Shown here in pieces: positions 16,161 to 23,148 of a DNA stretch of 24,711 nt. Made by a program: the position numbers and the translations under genes. This DNA is from an uncultured Nitratifractor sp. GTDB lineage: Bacteria > Campylobacterota > Campylobacteria > Campylobacterales > Sulfurovaceae. Below the pieces are notes generated by a model. The model searched no databases, had not been told where the DNA came from, and saw only the letters and a program-made list of their open reading frames with translations. The DNA lies in contig CAYPVY010000001.1 of the NCBI GenBank assembly GCA_964414305.1, forward strand, positions 1 through 24,711. The letters are read 5' to 3'. Every line of letters begins with the position of its first letter. The first letter of the stretch is position 1.

Positions 16161-17611
16161 TAAAATATAACTACCGATTTAATCTCTGTAAACTCTTCAA
16201 GAGCAAACTTTGGCCCCTCTTTACCAATACCTGATTGTTTTATTCCACCATATGGTTGAATGTCAAATCTAACTGTTGGGATATCATTTACTACTACTCC
16301 GCCCGCTTCTGCATCATCAATAAAAGCCCTTGTATTTTCAAGTGAATTTGTAAAAATACTATATTGCAATCCATATGGAGAGTTATTTATCTTTTCTATT
16401 GCCTCTTCATAAGAGTTTACTTTAACAAGTGATACTATTGGTGCAAATACCTCTTCACACACAATTTTCATATCATCACGAACATCAATCATTACAGTAG
16501 GTGGAAAAATTCCATCAACCTCTTCTCCCCCATACAAAACTTTTGCTCCTTCATCAATAGCACTTGCTACCCATCTAGCAGCTCTTAGTTTTGCATCTTC
16601 ATTAATAAGTGGTCCCATAAAAGTCTCTTCTTCATATGGTGAACCAACTTTTAAAGTTTTTGCCTCATTTGCAAGAGCATTTGCAAACTCATCATATACA
16701 TTTTGGTGCACATAGATTCTTTGCAAAGATATACATACTTGACCACTATTATAAAAAGAGCCAAAAGCACACTTCTTAGCTGCATCTTCAATATCTGCAC
16801 TCTCATCAATAAAAGTTGCAGCATTTCCACCCAACTCCAAAGCAACCTTTTTTATACCAGCATTTTTCATTATTATTTTACCAACTTGAGCTGAACCTGT
16901 AAAACTAATAACCCTAGGAATTGAATTGCTTACTAGCTCACTACCAACCTCAGCATCGCCATAGACTACACTTAGTGCATCTTTTACTGCAAACTCACTC
17001 TCTATAAATAGTTTTGCCAAAGCATAGGCACACATAGGAGCTTCTGGAGTTGGCTTTAGAACTACTGCATTTCCAGCTCCTAATGCAGGTGCAATCTTGT
17101 GTGCTACTAAATTTAAAGGAAAATTAAAAGGTGTAATAGCACTAACAACACCTACTGGAACTCTTTTGTAATAAGCCATTGCCTTTTTCCCACTAGCTGT
17201 TGCATCTGTTGCAATAGTCTCTCCATGTAAATTAATCAACTCTTTAGCAGTAAGCTCTATTGTTTCTGCACATCTTATAACCTCAATTTTTGCAAATTTT
17301 AGAGGTTTACCTACCTCATCTACAATTAATTTAGCAAACTCATCACTCTTTTGTCTTAATTTTGATGCAACATCTTCTAGCCAACTTATTCTTTGATGTA
17401 GTGGTATATTTTTTGCTACTTTAGCTGCATTTTGTGCTATCTCTAAAGCCTTTTTTGCATCATTTGCATCACATTTTGGATATTTGCTAACTACTTTTTT
17501 TGTATATGGATTTTTTATCTCTATAAATTCATCTCTCTCTTCAATATTTGAACCAAATAGAACCTTTGCGATATTTGGTGTATCATCTGTTTTGGTAAAT
17601 ATATCAAACAC
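16160..17611 (-). CDS. NAD(P)-dependent aldehyde dehydrogenase
   Basis: ITPFNFPLNL, VVLKPT, FTGSAQVG, LELGGN (catalytic Glu), NSGQVCIS (catalytic Cys), EEVFAP, PYGGIKQSGIGKEG; GTG start with SD AAGGA. Confidence 0.93.
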   Translation of the reverse strand: MFDIFTKTDDTPNIAKVLFGSNIEERDEFIEIKNPYTKKVVSKYPKCDANDAKKALEIAQNAAKVAKNIPLHQRISWLEDVASKLRQKSDEFAKLIVDEVGKPLKFAKIEVIRCAETIELTAKELINLHGETIATDATASGKKAMAYYKRVPVGVVSAITPFNFPLNLVAHKIAPALGAGNAVVLKPTPEAPMCAYALAKLFIESEFAVKDALSVVYGDAEVGSELVSNSIPRVISFTGSAQVGKIIMKNAGIKKVALELGGNAATFIDESADIEDAAKKCAFGSFYNSGQVCISLQRIYVHQNVYDEFANALANEAKTLKVGSPYEEETFMGPLINEDAKLRAARWVASAIDEGAKVLYGGEEVDGIFPPTVMIDVRDDMKIVCEEVFAPIVSLVKVNSYEEAIEKINNSPYGLQYSIFTNSLENTRAFIDDAEAGGVVVNDIPTVRFDIQPYGGIKQSGIGKEGPKFALEEFTEIKSVVIF

Positions 17612-17856
17612 TATCTATCCTTTGTTGAGCAACTATTACTATTACAATAGCTCTTTTTTAATATAAATTTATAGATAAAATCTTTTATAATAAGTATTAT
17701 ACACCAAATCCATAAAATATCCATTATATAATTTCTTTTATAATCTAATGCAAAGTATAAAATTGGAACACCTATAGCAATAAACCATTTTGTATAATAA
17801 AAAAATAGTATCCCAGCCCCATATAAATCTTTTAGAATAGCTTTAATTGCTTTCAT
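17611..17856 (-). CDS. small two-TM membrane protein with C-terminal CxxxC (81 aa)
   Basis: ATG 17856 in TAATG overlap with the DUF59 stop; TAGTG overlap with the ALDH start; two hydrophobic segments; tail YCNSNSCS. Confidence 0.75.
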   Translation of the reverse strand: MKAIKAILKDLYGAGILFFYYTKWFIAIGVPILYFALDYKRNYIMDILWIWCIILIIKDFIYKFILKKSYCNSNSCSTKDR

Positions 17857-18164
17857 TATAAGCCACCTAAAGCTTTTTTTACACTCTCTTCGGCCATAGA
17901 TATATTCCACTCTGGCTCCCATACCAAATCAACCTCTACACTCTTAACACCATCTATATTTTTTGGAGCATCCTCTACCCATTGAATTAACATTTGATGC
18001 ATGGGGCATGATTTAGTAGAAAGAGTCATTGTAATTTTTACATTACAATCATCATCAATATCTACTCCATATATCAAACCCATCTCTACCAAATTAAAGC
18101 CTACTTCTGGGTCAATTATCTTTCTTAGTTCATCATAAACTTGCTCTTTTGTTACATTACACAT
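17856..18164 (-). CDS. DUF59 / SufT-like metal-sulfur cluster assembly factor
   Basis: LRKIIDPEVGFNLVEMGLIY, MTLSTKSCPM, VDLVWEPEWNISM; SD GAGGAG. Confidence 0.9.
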   Translation of the reverse strand: MCNVTKEQVYDELRKIIDPEVGFNLVEMGLIYGVDIDDDCNVKITMTLSTKSCPMHQMLIQWVEDAPKNIDGVKSVEVDLVWEPEWNISMAEESVKKALGGL

Positions 18165-18168
18165 CAAA

Positions 18169-19413
18169 TTACTCCTCTACTAACTTATAATTTAAAATAT
18201 ATAATACCGTCTTTACCATAAATATAGCACCAAATATTAGTAGAGAGACCCCTCCTTTAAACATAGCATCATTCCCAAACATCAAAGCAAACAACCCAAA
18301 TATCAATCCTAGCAAACTAAGCCAAAAAGAAAATTCAACATCTTTATTAGGTAGCATCTCATGAAGCATAGGCACCTTTTGTTTACCAACTAGTGGACTA
18401 AACCTCTCAAACCAAACTAAAAATGGTATAATCTTTATTAAATGTGCATTTATCATAAAAGTAACAAACCCTAACAAAAAGAGCCATATAGCACTTTTTA
18501 TTATTCTATCTCCTCCTAATATCAGCCAAAAAATCAAATAAACAATTACTAAAAACAAAGAAGCATATGCAACATATAAATGTTTATACCATATATCAAC
18601 TATTTTTCTAGCTCTTATATTATATAAAGTTACAATTTGTCTAATATATAAACCAACCCCTCCAATAATACCTATTAAAAATATTTCACTTAACAAATCT
18701 AATTTAAAAAATTTTGAAAGTGTAAAAAGAAGTGTTGAGATTACTAAAATTCTAAATGATAAGTTTACATCACTATCATCATAACCGTGAGCTAAACCAA
18801 ACATAGGTAATAAAATCATACTTATACCAATAATTGTTATCGTAACATACCCTATCAAAACAAAAGCTATATGTATATTTAAAAATTTATTGATATCAAG
18901 ATTAAATCCAATAGATATAGCCAATGCCATCAAAAAACCAATTATTATAGCAATAGTTAAAAAAATATTGCCTACTTTTATGGTTTTTACACTTAAAGAG
19001 TTTGATGATGTTTTTTTAAGAGTTGCAAATGTTTCATACAAAAATAGTATCATAGATATCAATACCAAAAAGCCTCCAATTGATAAAACCCAAGGGAAAA
19101 ACCAAAAACCAATTACCATAATAGATAAACCAAGTGCAAGGAAATAAAATATATATCTATATAAATCTATATTGTGATGACCCACCTCCAATACTACAGG
19201 TATAAGCTGTGCCATTGCTCCAAAAATTATTATCATCACAAACCCAAGCAAAAAGAGGTGAGCCCAACCTACTACTCTTAAATCTGTAAGTTCTAAAGAT
19301 TGATTTAAAAATAGTAAAGATATTATAGAAATCAAATAAGCAATTGAGCCAAATTTAAAAAAAGGCTCAATCATCTTTAATGGTGGAGCAAAATCTTTAG
19401 AGATTTGAATCAT
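18169..19413 (-). CDS. 12-TM integral membrane protein, heme-copper oxidase subunit I / NnrS-like fold
   Basis: About 12 hydrophobic helices in three 4-TM units; helices 2, 6 and 10 share a His/Gly/Pro pattern (AHLFLLGF...GAMAQLIP; IHIAFVLIGY...GISMILLP; LFLLGF...AHLIKIIP). Confidence 0.7.
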   Translation of the reverse strand: MIQISKDFAPPLKMIEPFFKFGSIAYLISIISLLFLNQSLELTDLRVVGWAHLFLLGFVMIIIFGAMAQLIPVVLEVGHHNIDLYRYIFYFLALGLSIMVIGFWFFPWVLSIGGFLVLISMILFLYETFATLKKTSSNSLSVKTIKVGNIFLTIAIIIGFLMALAISIGFNLDINKFLNIHIAFVLIGYVTITIIGISMILLPMFGLAHGYDDSDVNLSFRILVISTLLFTLSKFFKLDLLSEIFLIGIIGGVGLYIRQIVTLYNIRARKIVDIWYKHLYVAYASLFLVIVYLIFWLILGGDRIIKSAIWLFLLGFVTFMINAHLIKIIPFLVWFERFSPLVGKQKVPMLHEMLPNKDVEFSFWLSLLGLIFGLFALMFGNDAMFKGGVSLLIFGAIFMVKTVLYILNYKLVEE

Positions 19414-19417
19414 TTAA

Positions 19418-19750
19418 TTACCCACTACAACTTGTATCATCTAAATTTGCTTTATTACTTGCACCCTCTTTATAAGTAAACTCTAACTTTACTCTTCCAT
19501 CATCTAGCTTTTCTTCACTAATATTAAAGTTTTCTCCAATCTTATCAAGTAAACCCATAGGTTTTTTATGATTTATCATAATTAACTTTTTGTTTGGCGA
19601 ATCTATTAGCTTTAATCCTGCCATTGCATTAACCATAGGCTCAGGTGGACCACATCTGCTAGTATCAAATTCATAAACTTCTACATCACCATCTTTATAT
19701 CTATAAAAATCAACTGTTGCACCTGCAACTTCTACTTTTTCTTTTTCCAT
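19418..19750 (-). CDS. TusA/SirA-like (DUF2249-type) protein, 110 aa
   Basis: FDTSRCGPPEPMVNAM resembles the D-x-R-x2-(C)PxP TusA/DUF2249 signature; INHKKPMGL; ends SCSG; ATG 19750 with SD AAGGAG. Confidence 0.72.
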   Translation of the reverse strand: MEKEKVEVAGATVDFYRYKDGDVEVYEFDTSRCGPPEPMVNAMAGLKLIDSPNKKLIMINHKKPMGLLDKIGENFNISEEKLDDGRVKLEFTYKEGASNKANLDDTSCSG

Positions 19751-19773
19751 CTTTAAATACTCCTTTTTTGAGT

Positions 19774-19782
19774 ATTCTATCA
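19774..19782 (-). promoter_or_regulatory. extended -10 (TGATAGAAT) of the six-gene operon
   Basis: TGnTAGAAT on - strand 23 nt upstream of ATG 19750, preceded by a T8 tract. Confidence 0.65.
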
Positions 19783-19800
19783 AAAAAAATCTCTAAAATA

Positions 19801-19814
19801 TTGATTTATATCAA
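19801..19814. promoter_or_regulatory. Crp/Fnr-family (Fnr/Dnr/Nss-type) binding site
   Basis: Perfect TTGAT-TTAT-ATCAA; centre 19807.5, about -40.5/-41.5 from the inferred start site; the only such match I found in the window. Confidence 0.75.
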
Positions 19815-19836
19815 TTTTTAATATTTTATATAAAAT

Positions 19837-20334
19837 TTACTTATTTTTTAACTTTTTTATTTTTACTATTAATTTGCCATCTTTTATATTATAATCAATA
19901 CTTTTACTATCTGCATCTTTTGGAAGGGTAAAGCTTTGCATAAAAGAACTACTAGAAAAACTCTTAACTACACCATAACTACTATTATTTTCAAGGCTTT
20001 TTTTCTCTTCTACTTTTATTGTTAAAACTCCATCTTTTGCTTCTACATTTGCTTTAACATTACCTTTGCCTACATTTACATCAACTTCATAATAATCTCC
20101 CTTATCTTGAACACCTGAACTAATTATAGAACTTGAACTAATCATTGTAGGCATATTAGATTTATCTAAACTTTTAAAAACCTCATCCATTTGTTTTTGC
20201 ATCAATTCCATTTGTTTCATTTGCATTTGAAAAATTTTATCTATTTGAGAGAATGGATCACCATTTGTAGCTAAGCTATTTTGTGCATTTACTAAAGTCA
20301 ATGTTGCAATTAAACTAAATATATACTTTTTCAT
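19837..20334 (-). CDS. Hsp20/alpha-crystallin family protein with N-terminal signal peptide
   Basis: Alpha-crystallin C-terminus (VEAKDGVLTI, FMQSFTLPKDADSKSIDYNIKDGKLIVKIKK); MKKYIFSLIATLTLVNA signal; ATG 20334 with SD AAGGAG. Confidence 0.82.
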   Translation of the reverse strand: MKKYIFSLIATLTLVNAQNSLATNGDPFSQIDKIFQMQMKQMELMQKQMDEVFKSLDKSNMPTMISSSSIISSGVQDKGDYYEVDVNVGKGNVKANVEAKDGVLTIKVEEKKSLENNSSYGVVKSFSSSSFMQSFTLPKDADSKSIDYNIKDGKLIVKIKKLKNK

Positions 20335-20464
20335 TGCATACTCCTTAAATATATTTACATCAAAATTATATATAAGAAATATTTGAAAAAATTGCAAACT
20401 AAGTTGCATTTATTACACATTTTATATACAAAACTATAGTAAAATTAAAATAAAAAGGATATAT

Positions 20465-20860
20465 ATGAAAAAGTTATTTATGATTTTATTTCTTAGCTAT
20501 TCATTAATGGCACAATTAAAAAGCATTGATGCAAAGACTTTGCTTCAAATGCAAAGTAGTGGAGTTCCCGTAATTGATATTAGAACACCACAAGAGTGGA
20601 AAGATAGAGGAGTTATAAAAGGTGCTAAAAAAATTATGTTTTTTACACCAAATGGAGGTGCTGATGTTCCTAACTTTATGTTTGAACTTGGAAGATTAAT
20701 AAAAGACAAATCAAAACCTTTTATAATCTATTGTGCACATGCTAATAGAACTAAAAAATTAGGCAATTGGCTAACAACTCTTGGATTTAAAAATGTATAT
20801 GAATTAAATGGCGGAATTGAGTATGGCTGGATAGATAAAGGTTTTAAAGTAATAAAATAA
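20465..20860 (+). CDS. single-domain rhodanese-like protein with signal peptide
   Basis: VIDIRTPQEW, GVIKGA, IIYCAHANRT active-site loop, VYELNGGI; signal MKKLFMILFLSYSLMA; SD AAGGA. Confidence 0.88.
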   Translation: MKKLFMILFLSYSLMAQLKSIDAKTLLQMQSSGVPVIDIRTPQEWKDRGVIKGAKKIMFFTPNGGADVPNFMFELGRLIKDKSKPFIIYCAHANRTKKLGNWLTTLGFKNVYELNGGIEYGWIDKGFKVIK

Positions 20861-20867
20861 TAATAAA

Positions 20868-20896
20868 AGGAAGTTTAGCTTAAGCTAAATTTTCCT
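20868..20896. terminator. bidirectional terminator between rhodanese and aroE
   Basis: Perfect 16-bp palindrome TTTAGCTTAAGCTAAA (20874-20889) extended by aggaag...tttcct arms. Confidence 0.65.
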
Positions 20897-20903
20897 AATA
20901 ACT

Positions 20904-21698
20904 TTAGTTACTTAAAGCTTCTCTCATAATTTTTTCAACTTCGTCTAAATCATATTGATGATTTGTAAAATAATCAAAAGCTAAAACTCCTTGCTGAAGT
21001 AGCATTTCACTTCCATCTTGGATTGGCAAATTATAATCTTTGGCGAGTTTTAAGAAAGGAGTATCTTTTCCATAAATTATATCAACTGCTGCTTTTGCTT
21101 TTGGGAATATTGCCTCTAAAATATCTTTAGGAGCTGGTAGTAAGTCATCTTTTAATCCAGCACTAGTCATATTTACTATCAAATCATACTCTTTTGGCTC
21201 AAAATTTTCATATGTAAAAGTTTTAAAACCTTTTTTTCTAAAACTATCTAATCTATTTTCGCTTCTATTTAAAATTGTAATATCATAATTAGCATCTGCT
21301 AAAATATCTGAAGTAGAGCTAACAGTCCCACCAGCTCCAAGAATTAATATACTCTTAATATTTTCAAATTTATCAATAGATTTTAAAAATCCAGGAGCAT
21401 CAGTATTGTAGCCAATTAATCTACCTCCATCCCTTACAATTGTATTAACTGCTCCAACTTTTTTTGCAAAATCATCTAACTCATCACAAGCTTTATATGC
21501 CTCTTCTTTATGAGGAACTGTAATATTTGCACCACTTAAATTTTCACTTAAAAATCTATTTTTTAAATCTTTGCCATCTTCAAGTAAAATTTTATAATAA
21601 ATTCCATCAAATCCTAACTCTATAAATGCACAATTATGCATTTTAGGAGACAAAGAGTGCTCAACTGGATTTCCAAATATAGCAAACTTTTTAGCCAT
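20904..21698 (-). CDS. aroE: shikimate dehydrogenase
   Basis: FGNPVEHSLSPKMHN, GANITVPHKE, GAVNTI, GYNTDAPG, ILGAGG, NRS, NMTSAG, DGSEMLLQQG. Confidence 0.95.
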   Translation of the reverse strand: MAKKFAIFGNPVEHSLSPKMHNCAFIELGFDGIYYKILLEDGKDLKNRFLSENLSGANITVPHKEEAYKACDELDDFAKKVGAVNTIVRDGGRLIGYNTDAPGFLKSIDKFENIKSILILGAGGTVSSTSDILADANYDITILNRSENRLDSFRKKGFKTFTYENFEPKEYDLIVNMTSAGLKDDLLPAPKDILEAIFPKAKAAVDIIYGKDTPFLKLAKDYNLPIQDGSEMLLQQGVLAFDYFTNHQYDLDEVEKIMREALSN

Positions 21699-23143
21699 TA
21701 TTTAATCTCTCTTAATAAAACTAAATTCTTCTCCTCTTTTAACTCTTGCATATCTTGCAATGTTGCAATTAATGCCATAAGTTTATTTCTAACTTCTAAC
21801 TCTTCAAGTTCAGGAATAGAATCTGCTACTACTCCAGCACCAGCTTGTAGAGTAATTGAATTATCATTTATAAGAGCTGTTCTTATAGTAATTGCTGAAT
21901 CCATATCACCAGTAAAAGAAAAATATCCTACACTTCCGCTATAAAAGCCTCTTTTTAATTTTTCAAATTTTGCTATTAATTCCATAGCCTTTATTTTAGG
22001 AGCTCCAGTCATAGTTCCAGCAGTAAAAGTAGCTCCAAATAGATCAAACATATCTTTATCTTCATCTAAAGTAGCAACTACATCTGATACCATATGCATT
22101 ACATGAGAATATCTCTCTACACGCATCATATTAGGCACCTTTACAGTTCCAACTTTTGCAACTCTTCCTACATCATTACGACCCAAATCTATAAGCATAA
22201 GATGTTCTGCACACTCTTTTGGATCATTTATTAACTCTTGCTCCATCTCATAATCTTGTTGAGGAGTTTTACCTCTCTTTCTTGTTCCTGCAATTGGACG
22301 AAGCAAAATATCACCATCTGAAAGCCTAACCATAACTTCTGGAGATGAGCCACAAATAGAAAAATCCTCAAAATCTAATAAAAACATATATGGAGAAGGA
22401 TTTTTACTTCTTAGCATTCTATAAAAGCTTAAAGGGTCTATTTTGCCTTTTTGAGTTAATCTATTTGATGGAAGAACTTGAAAAACATCACCAGCACGAA
22501 TATGCTCTTTTGCCTCATTGACAATTTGCATATATTTTTCTTTTGATATAGCAAACTCACCCTCACCTTCTAACTCAACAGGTTTTATAGGTTCTGGTGT
22601 GTGAGCTTTTGATATCAAATCAACTACATTATCTACAATATCAGTATATAAATTATCAATATCAAGAATTGTTAATTCTGAACTCTTATGGGAATATGCA
22701 ACTATTACTTTTGGACGAATCAAATCTAAATCTGGAGTATTAAGAGTATCTTCTAAATTATCCATTGAATCTTTTAATGATGGCTCAAATACTTTTACCA
22801 AATCATAAGCCAAATATCCTATAAAACCATCTACAAAATTAAACCCTACACTCTTAGCAAACTCTTTATATTTATCTTTATCAATATTTTTATAATAATC
22901 TTTTAAAAATTCAAAAGGATTTTTATCTAAAATATTTTCTTTATGTGAGGCATCTATATAGATAGTCTTATTATCTTTATATATTAGCCTCTCTTTTGCA
23001 CCAATTGCAATAAAACTAAAATTTCCATCTTCACTAACTACTGCACTTTCAAAAAGCATAGTTACCTCAGATGGATAAAGCTTTTTTAACTCTGCATATA
23101 GTGCAACCGCACTTAATTGGTCAAATAGATAACTCTTTACCAT
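21698..23143 (-). CDS. trpE: anthranilate synthase component I
   Basis: MLFES and NPSPYM Trp-feedback motifs, GSSPE, PIAGTRKRG, EHLMLIDLGRND, AGTMTGAPK, QAGAGVVADS; PabB is not fully excluded. Confidence 0.82.
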   Translation of the reverse strand: MVKSYLFDQLSAVALYAELKKLYPSEVTMLFESAVVSEDGNFSFIAIGAKERLIYKDNKTIYIDASHKENILDKNPFEFLKDYYKNIDKDKYKEFAKSVGFNFVDGFIGYLAYDLVKVFEPSLKDSMDNLEDTLNTPDLDLIRPKVIVAYSHKSSELTILDIDNLYTDIVDNVVDLISKAHTPEPIKPVELEGEGEFAISKEKYMQIVNEAKEHIRAGDVFQVLPSNRLTQKGKIDPLSFYRMLRSKNPSPYMFLLDFEDFSICGSSPEVMVRLSDGDILLRPIAGTRKRGKTPQQDYEMEQELINDPKECAEHLMLIDLGRNDVGRVAKVGTVKVPNMMRVERYSHVMHMVSDVVATLDEDKDMFDLFGATFTAGTMTGAPKIKAMELIAKFEKLKRGFYSGSVGYFSFTGDMDSAITIRTALINDNSITLQAGAGVVADSIPELEELEVRNKLMALIATLQDMQELKEEKNLVLLREIK

Positions 23144-23148
23144 ATGAC

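Noticed and set aside
18169-19413. Calling the 414-aa membrane protein a functional cytochrome oxidase or NO reductase subunit
   Set aside because: It lacks the TM VII His-His CuB/FeB pair and the HPxVY motif, and no partner subunits are adjacent.
20335-20464. CIRCE or HAIR heat-shock operator upstream of the Hsp20 gene
   Set aside because: No TTAGCACTC-N9-GAGTGCTAA or CTTGAGT-N7-ACTCAAG match was seen.
23144-23148. Trp attenuator or leader upstream of trpE
   Set aside because: Only 5 nt separate the SPOR gene stop from the trpE start, leaving no room for a leader peptide or T-box.
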